From contig NW_024704742.1 of NCBI RefSeq assembly GCF_018977255.1, forward strand, positions 47,122,001-47,186,000: 64,000 nucleotides of DNA. The letters are read 5' to 3'. This stretch comes from Callorhinchus milii. Lineage: Eukaryota. The notes below the pieces were generated by a model that had not been told where the DNA came from, ran no database searches, and saw only the letters and a list, made by a program, of their open reading frames with translations. How positions within the stretch are numbered: position 1 is the stretch's first letter; each line of letters starts with the position of its first letter. The position numbers and the translations under genes were made by a program. Shown one piece after another: positions 1-13,252 of the stretch.

Positions 1-1949
1 ATGTGCTTGTATTGGGAAATCCTGTTACAAACATAAAATTATAGGATAAATGGTGTTCGTGATTGGTACATGGTCGATTCCAATATTCATTAGAGAAACT
101 TTGATTTCAGAAACTCTGCACTAAAGCAATAGGTTTCTTCAGTTAAGTCCCTGGATAGAGTAGCTGGCGAGTCTTGCAGTGCTCAGGGAGCCCTAGGTCA
201 GACAAGCATCTTAAACAACAACAACAACTTGCATTTACATAGCACCCCTAATGCAGAGTAGAGCCCCAATATCAAATGTACAGAGTTTATCATCATCTTC
301 TTAAAATACAATCTTTTTATTGTACTTTATACTAGGCACATGGGCTCCCAAACCTTGATTGGGGCTGAAAAGACTGTAATGTATATTTCTTTTTGCCACT
401 AAATGCTTTGATCCTCCATCAAATGTTCTTAGACTGAATTTTTAAGTATTCATTGTGTAAAAGAATTCATCTTACTATAACTTTGTGTTAAAGTATATTA
501 AAGATACTCCAATGCAGTGCTGTGCCGTGCCATGTTTCACTCACAAACTATACAGTCAATTCACTTTACGGTATATTCTGTGAAGTGATTTGAGACATCT
601 CAAAGATGTGATAAAGGCACTATACCAAATGCAAGGATTATTATTATTAGGAACACAGCATTGTTGGTGATGATGAACATTAAACCAAGGTCCTGTTTGC
701 CTGTCCAGATGGTCTTTAAAGATCCCATGGCACTATTCAAAACGTAATGGGAATTTCTCCTCGTGCTCTGGCCAACAATTCTCCAGATAAATTAGTCATT
801 TACTTTATGGCTGTTTGTGGGACATTGCTGCATGCAAATTGCCTGCCACATTTGCCCACAGAAATGCTATAAAGTACTTTGATATGAGAGATGGTACAAA
901 AAATGCTAACATTTTTTACTATTATTATTCCAACTAACATTAGCTAAGCATAGACCAGAGATCAAACAAGTAACCTTTGATCCATATAGCTCGGTGCTAC
1001 ACTTTGTGGTGACCTGAATACAGAAACAAAATCTTAATAACTACACTTAAAAATCTGCAATACTTCGATGCAGGTTTAAAATATTCTTGGTAAAAATGAT
1101 GAGAAACCTTTTCTCCACCCAGACACCACCACTTTAGAGGAGCTAGTAAAGTTCCACTTTGTGTGGGAAATAAACCACACTGAAGCTGAAAATAGCAATA
1201 TAAAAAACATGTTGCAAACTTTATGGCAGCCGCCACTGTCACATCAGCTGCAGGTCAAACCCGTAATGGCAGTCAATCTGGCCACATGCGAATGGAAATT
1301 TCAAAACAGCTTCATCCAAAAGTGTCTTCAATACATCACAAACTTTCTTTTATAGACACTGTTTACAGTGCTAATGGGAGCAAAATGGCTAAATCAGTTG
1401 ATTTCCATTTGCTATTATAAACAGTTTAATGTTTGTAGGACATTGCTACATGCAAATTGGCTCTCCCATTCTCAACAAAATACACAGCCACTGCATTTTA
1501 CAGTAAATCCTGTGAAGCGCAGCCCTTTGAGACGTCTCTACGACCTGATACATTGCTATATCAAATACAAGGATTATTATATAACAAAATCCTGTTTTCC
1601 AACAAAGCACTGTTCCGTTTCTGAAAATTAAAGGCTCATATTTGTCTTCTAAGTCTGACTTTCCTACCACTGTAATAGGTGACATACAGCTTCTTCCCTC
1701 CAAGCCTGACTGACAGACCCGCAAACATTTGTAATTGATTTTATTTGTACAAAATGCTTTGTTTAGTTATGGAGTAATGCACATTCCATGATGTGATAAA
1801 AGTACAAATATGTACAATGAGGATTTTGTATATTTTGGTATATTTAGCTAGTATTGTTTTAAATTGCTCACATGCAAATATACACTTTGTGAACACAATG
1901 CATGCACTTTCAACCCTTTGCCCAGTACCAGAGAGGTATGTATCATGCT

Positions 1950-2365
1950 GGATTAGTTGGTAGTACTCATGTCTACGGACAGGAAGTTTGTGAGTTTAAG
2001 CCTCATGCTGGGAGTTTGAGCTCGTAGCCTAGGCTGACACTCCAGTTTAGTTCTGGGGGAACGCTGATTTATTGGAAGTGCCAGCCTTTGGGTAAGAAGT
2101 TACAACAAGGTCCCATCTGCCTGATCAAGTGGATGCTTAAGATCCCATGGCACTATTTGAAAAGAGAAGGACATTTTTCTCCCAGTGTTCATTGCCAACA
2201 ACCCTCCAGACAAAATTTGTCATTCAGCTCATGGTTGTTTGTGGAATAATACTGTATGCAAATTGGCTGCCACGTTAACTACAAATTATACAATCACTAC
2301 ACTATGTGAAGTACTTTGAGACGAATCTGATGTTTCGACACAAGTTCAAATACAAGGAATATGAT
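1950..2365 (+). mobile_element. DeuSINE copy
   Basis: Colinear with 9187-9585. Further pieces at ~520-930, 1430-1580 and 2540-2700(-). Confidence 0.75.
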
Positions 2366-3049
2366 TAGGTGTAGGTAAAAACTACAGTATAAGCAAGCAG
2401 TTTGGGAAGGTGAAAGTGAGGGAGTTGGCTTCAACCAGTCACTAGTATTGCATGCTACCATCACCCTCGACTATGTAATAGTTACGTTTCCCAGCAAGAA
2501 AGATATTTCTGAAAGTGACTCAGTACAATAAAAATCATAATAATAATATTCCTTGCATTTGATACAGCACCTGATCATGTTTTTGAGATGTCTCAAAACG
2601 TTTCATAGAATTTTAATGTAAAATGTGGTGACTGTGTATTTGTAGGCAAACTTGGCAGCCAATTTGGGCACAACAATGTCTCACAATACGGTATTTGTAG
2701 AACTGTACAAATATTATTTTACAAAAATCATTGCCTAAGTATGTTTCCTCTGGTAAGCAACTAACTCTGAGTTAGCAAAACTGGCATTTTTTTTATCTTG
2801 CAGGAAAATGTCCCCAGAGGGTAAAGAAAAAACCAGTGAGGGGTTAAAAGACGTGTTCAGTGGTGAGTGTACAAATTCAGGCACATATTTTGGTTTCCAG
2901 TCACATGGCGCTTTAATAACCAATGACTTTAGTCAAATTCTAACACCAAGAGGTCGTGCGAATCCAGAGCTAAACAGTCTGAAAGATATTTTTCATTCAA
3001 ATGCAGATGTTTGCAGGAAATTGAGCCATGGGAGATTATGATCAGAACA

Positions 3050-3460
3050 GAGCTTCCCTGACTCAACAGCACTGAGTCTCAGGTGAGAAAACTTTTTTCT
3101 CTCTCTCTCGCTTCCTGTAACTTGGCTCAGCAAGTCTCCAGCCAGAGATTTCAGGCGGTTTAATGATTAATTCGTGATACAGCGCGTTTTCTGCTGGTGA
3201 AATGTCCCTTTGTTTGACTGGAATTACACAGAGCGTTGGAGCAAGGTAGAACTCCTCACTGCTCAGCACTACCTGCTCAACAGTCTGGCTGATCGTCCTC
3301 TGATAGCACTGAGCAAATCATCAGCTCTGTTGTTGTGCTTCTTTTGAAAGATTCTTCCCTTGTAATGGATCCACTTGACTGACCTGTTCTTCACGAGTGT
3401 GGAACACACCTTAATCTACCAGTACCTGTGAGCAGCACCTCAGGCAGCTCAGGGTAAGGA
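3050..3460 (+). promoter_or_regulatory. Candidate C4orf19 promoter / non-coding first exon
   Basis: Repeat-free, mildly CpG-containing block with AP-1 TGACTCA at 3059 and 3464 and donor AGG|GTAAGG at 3454. No transcript evidence. Confidence 0.3.
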
Positions 3461-4915
3461 TTCTGACTCAGGATATCCATTAACTCCTCTCTCTCTGCTG
3501 TATATATCTGTCATGTTTTGGATCTAAGGCAAATGTACTTTTATCTTTTAAAGACGGGCAATGGATCAACATCTGTGAAACATGATTTGAGTGGAAATTG
3601 AGGTTGTTGTGTAACTACTTTCTGGCTTGCTCGGAGTCTGTCCCAGTATTGTATCTACAAGAGTAGCATTGTGCTTTGCTTCAGAAGGGGAAGGCATGGA
3701 AGGAGTTTAGGAGGTCATGAACTGGACATTGATGGCATTGTAGGATTCAATGTGTTTGGTTTTTATAACTGTGGGGTTTGTAATTGCATATCCTGGTTCG
3801 TGCCATTAACAGAGTTTATCCCAAACAAACATAAATTGAGTTGGTGCCACACCTTAATGTGAACCAAAGTAGAAGAATTGCTTCATAAGTTCATTGTAAT
3901 AAACCTGAAGGATTAGACCGGCTGGTTATCGCTCGGACTCTGGTCAGCACTGTTAACATATACCCAACATTCACCTTCAGAGGTTATAGTCTGCTTTTAC
4001 ATAGGTATCAAGCTTGGGGCAAATTTTGGTGAGATGAAATCATTAGGCAAAGGAACGATGGAAACTATGGGAGTTACCTGGATACAAAGTTAGATGGAAG
4101 CATTACACATGAGAGTTTAGCTTCAGTGATTTTTTAATACCATTTCCCGGACCCTGAGTTGAGATTTTAGGGTTAAAATCATTCCGTCTTGTTACTTTTT
4201 TAACAGGGTGGTTTTATTTTGTTTGTTCCTAATAGAGTATTATTGTGTGGAATCTGCTCCTCTCTTTGACCATTCCCCACCCTCCTGTCATTTGCATGTG
4301 ACGACATCAGCTCTACAGGATTAGCAACCAAGACCCAATTGTCTCGAGTTACCAAGCAATAGCTTGTAGTTTATTACCAGGAAATAACATACTGTAGTTG
4401 GTATATGTCAGAACAATTTTCTGACTGTTATTGGAGACGGTACTTTCTAGGGCACTGAAGAAACTCATCCCATGCAGAAAATTGTAATCCAATATTTATC
4501 ATTTTACATTGCATAATTGCTTAAGTTTCATTTAAAATTGACATATTTCGCCTCAAAATATTCTAAACTGCCTATAAATAGCACTGATTGTCAGTGTTTG
4601 CTCTGAGGCATATCACAGAATCAAAGTGCCTTAAATCATAGGTTTGCTGGCCTATTTTAGACAAAAAAATTTGTCACAAGAATGTTGACATGAAACAGGG
4701 CAGGAGTTTAAAGTCAACAGGTGTTTGCAGGATGTGAGCTGTTAAATACTAATAATATAAGGCAAGTCTTTGGATGATTATTTGGTTTCTCACTGGATTT
4801 GACTTGGATATGGTACAGAGGGAGGCAGAACCAGTTGAATTGAGGCGAGGTAACCTGTTTGCCTTTTCGATGAGATTGGTGCTAGATCAATTACAAGGAC
4901 TATTAGTCTCATTGT

Positions 4916-5972
4916 GTTGACCAACTAATGACTATCCTCCTTGGAGGAATGTGGGCAGGGGTAGCTGAACTGGCTCCAAGGATACTCAACTTGGCAACAA
5001 AATGTTGGAATCAAGTCAACCCTCCATGGCAATCTCGGTGGCCCGGTTCCTGAGCCAGGTGGATACTTGAGTATTCTGATAACAACCCAGCCAGCCTGGT
5101 TCATCGGGAGGACTTGGAAGAGCAGACCAATTACTCGGCTGGGATTCTTCCTAATTAGCTCCCGGTAACCTCAGAAGCCAAAGCCCTAAGGAGTAGAGTG
5201 GTCCTAGCTGGAGAAGCATCAGGAAAGCTCACCAGATAGTGCTTTCAATGGCAAGCTATGTGTTTTTAGCTGGTTAGACTCCAGTAGTACCCCATTGCAA
5301 ACTCTAGGGTCCCCAAGCCTTGGTTCTTGCCAAACCGTGCCTAATGCTTCATCCAAAACTCTGCCGCACTAAACTCCATATCCCCATCACACCAGTACTT
5401 GCCAGGCTCTACTGGCTCCCTATCACCAGACGGATCGATTTCAATATCCTCGCAATCGTCTCCAAATCCCTTCATGCCGGAACCTCCCTATCTTTCCTAC
5501 TTCTGCATACTCCCCAATCTTCTACCCGCTGCCTCCACTCGACTGGCTCCGGCCTTCTGCATGTCCCTCGTGCCCTCCATGCTATCATCATTGGCTGCGC
5601 TTTCAATCAGTACTCCCCAAAGCTCTGGAACAGTCTTCCTCTATCCCTTTGCCTTGCCACTTCCTTCCCCATCTTCAGGTCGCATCTGAAGACCTTCCTA
5701 TTTGACCGCGCCTACGGTCAACTCCCCCTCTCCCCAGCTCTGTGTCGCTCCACCACTGTCAAGTTCTCTGGGACACTACCCTATGAGATGGGTGCTATAT
5801 AAATGCAAGTTTATTGTTGTTGTTATTGTAATATACTATCCAGAATTAGGTAAGCAGGAAGTATCCCTCCAGGATACTGGAATTTCCATGTATAGGTGGG
5901 AACTCAGTTTGGTTTGCAAACTTTTAAGCATGTTTCTGCATGTGTCAGACACCCGGCTGATCAAAAAAAAAT
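4916..5972 (+). mobile_element. Family X copy split by an L2 fragment (~5346-5830)
   Basis: 4916-5348 and 5838-5972 join to reproduce the 60442 copy (cctaatgct / tccagaattaggtaagcagga). A-tail at 5963-5971. Confidence 0.8.
5346..5830 (+). mobile_element. L2 LINE 3' fragment
   Basis: HIPITPVLARLYWLPITRRIDF...PKLWNSLP...FRSHLKTFLF, followed by a (TTG)n tail. Confidence 0.9.
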
Positions 5973-6142
5973 TCTAAATCATTTCAGGGAACACAGCAAC
6001 ACAACTTTTCAAATGAAATTCAATAGAAATGTACAGGATCAGAAAAGATGATTTTAAACAGTGCTGTTGAATGTTTTCAATTGAATTCTTTGTCAGATTC
6101 CAGTCAATTGTATGATTTTAAAATGATTTTGTTCCTTTAAGT

Positions 6143-6780
6143 CAGGGTGATTCAACTGGCAGCCCACGATTTCATCTGGCCCGCAAACCATTTCCCACTT
6201 CATTGTTTTACCTCTCCCCTCTCCGGTTGCACCTCTCGTCCAGACCAGTCTCCCTTCTGCCTCATGTCTGGTACAACCTTGTGAGAGGCAGCGCTGGGAA
6301 CAACTGGAAGAGAGGTGCAGCAGCAGAATTTTGCGTATTTTGCAATTCTAAAACTATGAGCCTCAGTCAGAAACACAAGGTAGATTTGGAAAATAGAGGG
6401 CTTTGAAGCTCTGGTTCAAGAGAATCATTTTCCAGTGTTATTATTTTGTTCTTTGTTAGGACTATTAAATTATGTGCATTTTAATTCACTTGGTTATTTG
6501 TTTCACTTTCTTTACTCAGGATTTAATGATGATTGTTGCATATATGTACTTTATTGATAGTGTATTGTTTTAAAATTAGCATAAATTTTTATGTTGCCTA
6601 TTTAAAGTTTGCATTGTAACTAAAATAGTGAAATTAAGCAAATGCCGTTACGCAATTTAAAACATAGGATTTCTATATGATTATTACAGGCTATGTTTCT
6701 GGAAGGGAAACACAAAAATAATGCTTATGCGGCCCACAGACATTTCTCGAATCCGGCATCCGGCCCTCAGCAGCCAATCT
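6143..6780 (+). mobile_element. Non-autonomous hAT (Charlie/Tip100-like) DNA transposon
   Basis: Starts CAGGGTGATTCAAC with GGCCC subterminal motifs at both ends. 6690-6780 matches the reverse complement of 48925-49018. Confidence 0.6.
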
Positions 6781-6859
6781 ATTATTCCTTTGATTTAGCT
6801 TTAGGTTTTTAATGCAGTTACTTTATTTAGTATTCTTAAATGTTGCTGTTTATGTGCAG

Positions 6860-7038
6860 GCTGATCCCTGCTGCAGCATGATCCCCATTCTAGTGTGATT
6901 GCCCTGTGAACCCACAGTATGGCTTATTGCAATGGAGCAAAATGGTGACTCTTCCATTTCTGAAAGCACTTGTGAAAATAGTCACTGACTTTGTGCGTAT
7001 GGTGCAACAAGAAATATATCATTGGCGAGTGACGACCT
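6860..7038 (+). other. Candidate upstream exon of C4orf19
   Basis: Acceptor gctgtttatgtgcag ends at 6859; donor CCT|GTAAGT at 7039. Non-repetitive sequence. Confidence 0.3.
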
Positions 7039-7079
7039 GTAAGTGCTGACTAGTGGCTATTTTTTATAGCACCCTCAAG

Positions 7080-7092
7080 CCACTAGATGGTG
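7080..7092 (+). promoter_or_regulatory. CTCF-like motif CCACTAGATGGTG
   Basis: Close match to the CTCF core CCACYAGRKGGCR. Motif only. Confidence 0.4.
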
Positions 7093-7099
7093 TGAGTTT

Positions 7100-7420
7100 G
7101 TGGAGTCCCATAGCTCAGTGGTTAGAGCACCCGCTTTGCAAGTGAGAGACCTGAGTTCAATTCCAGGCAGGGCGAACCCTTGGGCAGGTTTTCTTACTCC
7201 ACACGCCTAATAATAATCCCTCCAAAACCAAAAACAATAATAAATTGGTCATTTTCAATCTACGACTATTTGTGGGACATTGCTGTGCGCAATTGGCTGC
7301 CGCGTTCGCCCACAAATATATACAGTCAGTTCACTTTACAGTGTGTTCTGTGAAGCGCTTTGGGACGTCCTCCTGACATGAAAAGCGCTATATCAAATGC
7401 AAGGATTATTATTATTATTA
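7100..7420 (+). mobile_element. tRNA-derived SINE (short form): A/B boxes, partial Deu core, L2-type tail, (TTA)n
   Basis: TAGCTCAGTGG A-box, GTTCAATTCC B-box, core tgtgggacattgctgtgcgcaattggctgccgcgtt, tail gcgctttgggacgtcc...gcgctatatcaaatgcaagg(att)n. Confidence 0.85.
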
Positions 7421-7964
7421 TGGACCCAAACAGTCATGTGGTGTAGGGGTCTGCCTGTAGAAAACAGCTTCTTCTCACTTATCAACAGTTAGTACCAATT
7501 TTGAACCAGTAGTGAGATATATAAACACTTCATGTACAGTCTGGTTTATGTGCACTATCTGATAGACCCACTGAGGTAAGGGCGCAACTGTGTGGAGATT
7601 CACGGGGAGACAATCTAAACCCTGTTACTTTTTGTGCTAAGTATGGTTGCAACCAGACCCACCCTCTACCCACTTTACACACATAAACAACCACCAGGAA
7701 TAATTATTTCAAAAGGAAATAATACTGAAAAAGTAAATGGAACTCATAAGTGGAATAGTCACCAGACCTAGAATATCAACTGAGGTCAGAGAGAAGTTGG
7801 AGGTAGAGTTTCTGATAATAATTTTCCAAATATCTTTTGGAACAAATATAGTATTGAACAACTGACTCAGTGGATAAAATGTATGTACATGGATCTCCTT
7901 ATCCACATCATCCTTAACAACCGCCGGCTCCTGCCGCGGCAGATAGTGAACCATGCGGCTGATT

Positions 7965-8220
7965 GGGAGAGAAAGGGATTGAGAAGGAAGGAGGAGGGAG
8001 GAGAGAGGAGGGAGGGAAGGGGGAAGAGAGAGATAATGATGGGGGCTGGGGAGTGTGAGAGGCAAGAGTGAGAGGGAGAGAGAGAAAGCATGTGTGAGAG
8101 AAGAAGAGTGTGTGTGAGAGAGAGGAGGTAGAGAGAGTGTGATTGAGGGAGCGAGAGCATGAGGGAGAAGGGGGAGAGAGAAACACAAAGAGTAAGAGAG
8201 CAGAGAGAGAAAAGAGACTT
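7965..8220 (+). repeat. Purine-rich (GA/GGA) low-complexity tract
   Basis: Direct reading; explains the Leu/Ser/Pro and Arg/Glu ORFs in the track. Confidence 0.9.
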
Positions 8221-8269
8221 GAGGTTCACTGTCAGGACAGACCCTCAGAGCTTCCCAGGGCCATCGCTC

Positions 8270-8775
8270 GCTCTTTCTCCAGTGAAAAACTTCTCTACGT
8301 CTTTCATTCCACCTCCCTCCCCACCCTACCTCTGCAACCTCACAACCTGGCCATTTTGCAGAGCAAGAGAAAGCTTACTTCATGTCCCCCAACCCGATCT
8401 GCCCCCCCATCACCATTTTGCCCCCGCTCTCTGCGGTTCTGTTCCTGGATTCCCACCAACTCACTCCCTCCCTCCCCTCTTTCAAGGCACGTCAAAACCT
8501 ACTGTTTGACCACGCTTTTGCTCATCTTTTCCCCTACCCATCCCACCTGAGTGAAGCAGCGGAGGGAGCAGGCAGGTTGGTAGGGGGTTAGCAGGTCACA
8601 GAGGTAGGGAGGAGTAAGGCCGTGAAAGCTTTGAAGGTGAGGACCAGGATCTTGAACTGTATCCTCTGTGTGATGGGAAGCCAGTGGAGTCGGGCAAGGA
8701 TGGGGGTGATAGGGCCGTGGAACCTGATGCAGGAGAGGACATGGCCTGCAGAGTTCTGGATGATCTGCAGCCTAT
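8270..8775. mobile_element. Two L2 fragments tail-to-tail (8270-8550 +, 8560-8775 -)
   Basis: SFKARQNLLFD on +; LQIIQNSAGHVLS...LHWLPITQRIQFKIL on -. Confidence 0.8.
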
Positions 8776-9186
8776 AAAAACATTTGAATTTAGGCTTGGG
8801 GAAAGATGTCAATTTGTTGATGTAAGAAATTAGGGGACATGCAAAAGTGAGGAAGAATGCAGAAATCTACAAGTGACATAGGGATGTTTAGCTGAGTGGG
8901 TAGATAGGCGGCAAATGGAGTTTATTGTAGAAATGTGCAGGAGAAAGAACCAACAACAACAACAACAACAAGATTACATTTCTATAGCGCCTTTCACGTC
9001 GGGAGGACGTCCCAAGGCGCTGGACAGAGTACAGCATTTCAAACAAATGCCCCCTAAATGTTGTCTTAATGGAGTTGAGGAGTAGATGACCTAGAAATAC
9101 CAATACAGAGGTCTTCAAAGGTGTAAGTAGACGTGACTATAAAAAATGAAAACAGAATTCTAGATTTTATTTAGAAGTGTAAACAT

Positions 9187-9585
9187 GGCTTTGTTGGTAG
9201 CACTCTCGCCTCTGAGTCAGAAGGTTGTGGGTTCAAGCCTCACATGTCAGGACTTTGAACTCAAAAGTCTAGGCTGACACTCCAATGTAGTACTGTGCTG
9301 CATTTTTAAAGGTGTCATCCTTCAGATGAGATGTCAGACTGAGGTCCCATCTGTCTGTGGAGGTGGTTGTTAAAGATACCCTAACACCATTGGAAAAGAG
9401 AGGAAGTTCCTCTGAAGAAGGAGGTGTCCTGGCCACCTATATCCCAAATAAAATTGGTCAATCACTTCATGGCTGTTTGTGGGACATTGGTGTGTTCAAA
9501 TTGGTTGCTATGTTTACCCACAAAACACACAGTCACTAAACTTTATAATATATCCTGCTCTACCAAATGCAAGGATCATTATTAA
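9187..9585 (+). mobile_element. DeuSINE (SacSINE1-like), near full length
   Basis: Head ggtagcactctcgcctctgagtcagaaggttgtgggttcaag, then aggctgacactcc, ggtgtcctggcc and gctgtttgtgggac core, as in recalled shark DeuSINEs. Confidence 0.75.
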
Positions 9586-9689
9586 AACGAAAGGGGAGGT
9601 TCGAATAATTTATTTCATGCAGGATTGTTAAAATATCAAATTGGAGTCCATAACATCAGTCGAAAAGGAATTAGGTACTTGAGAAAAAT

Positions 9690-10365
9690 ATTAAAGCTGA
9701 AGGCCTGGCCACCGATGGTAGGGCGGTTGGGGCGGGGGATGTGGAGCAAACCGGAGCCAGAGGAACGGAGGGTACGGGCAGGTAAGTAGGGGGATAGTAG
9801 ATCAGAGAGGTAGGAGGGAGCGAGGCCGTGAATGGCCTTGTAGGTGAGGATGAGGATCTTGAATTTGATCCTCTGGGGGATGGGGAGCCAGTGGAGGCGA
9901 GCGAGGGTGGGAGTGATGTGGTCCCGAAGCCTGGTGCGGGACAGTACACGAGCTGCAGAGTTCTGAATGACCTGCAGCTTGTGGAGGGAGGTGGCGGGAA
10001 GGCCGGCGAGGAGAGAGTTCCCATAGTCCAGCCTTGAGGTGATAAAGGCGTGGACCAGAGTTTCAGCCGCGTGAGGGGTGAGGTAGTGCCGTAGTCTGGC
10101 GACGTTCCGGAGGTGATGGAAGGCGGTGCCAGTTGTGGCGCAGATATGAGGAAGAAAGGACAACTCAGGGTCGAACAGAACCCCGAGGTTCCTGACGGCT
10201 TTGAGAGGTGGAGAGTGCAGCCTTGGATGCTGATGCTGTCAGCGCCTGAGGTGCGGAGGCGCTGACGTGAGCCAATCAGGAGGGCCTCAGTTTTGCGCAC
10301 GTTGAGCTGAAGAAAGTTGTCTCTCGTTCAGGACTCGATGTCAGACAGGCAGCTGTCAGGACATC
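9690..10365 (-). mobile_element. L2 LINE ORF2 fragment, young (CpG-rich)
   Basis: KTEALLIGS, then AETLVHAFITSRLDYGNSLLAGLP...LQVIQNSAARVL...LHWLPIPQRIKFKIL. Confidence 0.93.
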
Positions 10366-11459
10366 GGTGGTCGGTATCAGCAGCTAACTTGAGTAATTTG
10401 AGTAATTGGCTGCCGCGTTTTGCCCACAAAATATACAGTCAATTCACTTTTTTAAGACATTTCAAGACACAATATCAAATGATAATAATATTAAAATATT
10501 AAATATTAAAAATATTATTAGCGTTGAAATGTCTCAAATGTTTCACAGTATTTTACTATAAAATAGAGGGCTGTGTATTTGTAGGCAAATGTGGCACCAA
10601 GTTTACATACAGTAACCTCCTATAAAGTGGAGAATCATTTTCTCTGGGGTTTTTACATCCAACTGATCAGTCAGACGGGAATTTAGTAAAGATGGTCAAC
10701 ATCTGGCCTTCAATGCTAATCTTCTCCCCTTCATTATAAAAGGCACTGAATTATATTTGTTGTACAGTGCAGTGGATTCTGGATTCTGTACCTTGCCCAT
10801 GTTTGTTTGAGACAGAGTGAGTGTTAGCAAGCAGTTTTAACCTGACCTCAACTCATGCACATAGTGGTCAGCAGCAGGATCTCTCGCTATTTGTTTTCCT
10901 CCCTCTTCCCTAACCCAGGGATACTGAAGCCAATTATAACACCCCATATATCACCCTAGCCTACTCTCAAATTACTTGACAACTTGCCTTACCTTGTCTC
11001 CCAGTTGGTTCTATAAAATGCTTTGAGACGTCCTGCTGAAACGAAAGGTGACGTATGTATTTACTGTGTGTTTATCTAAATGTCACAACTGTGTTTAAAA
11101 CTGCCTGTACTGCCAGCTATGATGTCAGCATATTTACAGTAATGGAGTTGTTTAGTGTATATCAAACTAAGAAGCGAGCCTGTTGATATTATAGATAAAA
11201 GTCAAAGAAAGAACATTCAAGGTCATCAAGTATTGAATGCTTGCCAGTGCAATCTGTTCTTTCCTTCCTTTTTGATAACAAAAGGATGATTGTTTTTGCA
11301 TCCAAGAGAAAACAAAGTGAACCTTTTCTGCTAGACTGGGGGAGGTGGGGGGCATGGTTAAACCCCCATATTTTAAGGACAGATCTTTCAATTTTACTAA
11401 GTTTCGATTGTAGTCCCAAACAGCATCTACAAGAATGAAAAAAATTGAGGGTAATATTA

Positions 11460-12741
11460 TTAACTAACATTAGAAATGAAAAATATTCACATCAGTTTTA
11501 AATTTTTTAAGTTTGCATAATTCAAATAGGTTTGCAATCTGCGTCACTTCTGGTAAATGTGAGTCTAAATGAGTATTAATAATAATAATCCTTGTCATTG
11601 TTCTTATTTGATATAGAACCTCATCACATCATCATGACTTTTCAGATCACTTCACAGAATATACTATAAATGGCTTTGACTGTGTGTTTTGTAGGTGAAG
11701 CGGCAACCAATTTGCAAACAGCAATGTCCCAAAAACAGCCACAAAGTGAAGGACCATCTTTTTATTTGGGGTATTTGTTAGCCAGGACACCGGGAGAAAC
11801 TCCCTTCTCCTTTCAAATAGAGCCTTGGGATCTTTAACATCCACCTGAACAGGTAGAGAGGACCTCGGAGATGTCATCCTTCGGATGAGATATTAAACCA
11901 GTAATGCAGCACACTCCCAGCACTGCATTGGAGTGTCATCCTAGACAGTGTGATGTCCTGATGTGGGGCCACAACCCACAATCTTGTGACTCAGAGGTGA
12001 GTCACTGTGCCAGGCTGACACACAAGGATGAGGAATAACAATCATTATTCTTCGCTATTAAATCACTTTTCCACAATTCCAGATATTACTACAATTTTTT
12101 TGTTTAATAAATCAAATTCTTGTCTTGTATATTTAAGGGAAATATGATTTATTTGGATTGACTGTTTTTGGAATTCCGAACTTCCGTCATTTAATTCTTT
12201 TTTTCCTCATGACAAAAGTAAATTTCCACCTTCAGTATGTGCCGCAAATTCTTATTCAGATCCACTTCAATGTGCTGGTAAAGCACCTGTTCCACAGGTT
12301 CCATTAAAACGAAGCACTTCATCTCAGAGTTTCTGCTGCCTAATGTGGCTTTACTTAGGCAGAATCTGTTCCCTTGGGNTTTTTTTACACAGTAAATCTC
12401 ACATATGTTGGTATCAGTTGGGACCATGTATTTAATATGATTTCTGCAAAGTATGAGTTATGTCAAACTTCAAACTTAGAATATCCAGTCTTGAACAGGA
12501 CTTGGACAGATGTATGACTTAGGCAATTATACAATTTATACACATCAGATGTACATGAGTTTTACAGTCATAGGAGCCCAAATAATGACTATACATGATT
12601 TATCAGATCTATCAACTAATATTAGAAATTAAAAATAGTCACATCAGTTTTAATTTTTTAAGTTTGCATAATTCAAATAGGTTTGCAATCTGTGTTACTT
12701 CTGATAAATATAAATGTGAGTAAATGTGAGTAAATGAGTAT
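11460..12741 (+). repeat. ~120-bp direct duplication (11460-11577 and 12612-12741)
   Basis: Shared cacatcagtttta..ttttttaagtttgcataattcaaataggtttgcaatctg. Confidence 0.9.
11577..12020 (-). mobile_element. DeuSINE copy
   Basis: Reverse complement colinear with 9187-9585. Confidence 0.75.
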
Positions 12742-12877
12742 CCAGGTTTCACATCTCTGGTTTCATATAGGTGTCTCAGAATTGACTGATCCTCTGGTTT
12801 GGTCTTCGCAAAACATATTTCCTGAATAATCTGAATAAATTTATATTTTGTTATATTATAAATTAATAATATTTTAA

Positions 12878-13252
12878 GTGGAGTCCTGTAGCTCAGTGGT
12901 TAGAGAACTCGCCTCGCAAGCAACAGACCTGGGTTCGATTCCCGACAGGGGGAAATGTTGAGCAAGTTTCCTTACTCCACAAACCTCTGTTTATCTAGCA
13001 GTGAGTAAGAACCCAGTTGTTAGTCAATTGATGGATCACTTTTCCAGGGGCATTAATTCCTTCAAAAGAATAATAATAATAAATTGGTCATTTGAATCCA
13101 TGACTGTTTGTAGGACACTGCTGTGTGCAATTCGTTGCCGCATTTCGCCCACAAAACATAGTCAATTCACTTTACAGTACATCCTGTGAGGCGCTTTGAG
13201 ACGTCTCGAAGACGTGTTAAGGCACTATATTAAATGCAAGGATTATTATTAT
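12878..13252 (+). mobile_element. tRNA-derived SINE (long-middle form)
   Basis: Same head and tail as the 7100 copy, plus an extra ~70 nt middle shared with 43275-43545. Confidence 0.85.

Noticed and set aside
7100..7175. tRNA-like sequence (also 12878, 29297, 52462)
   Set aside because: A/B boxes run straight into SINE body and tail with no proper acceptor stem. These are SINE heads, not tRNA genes.
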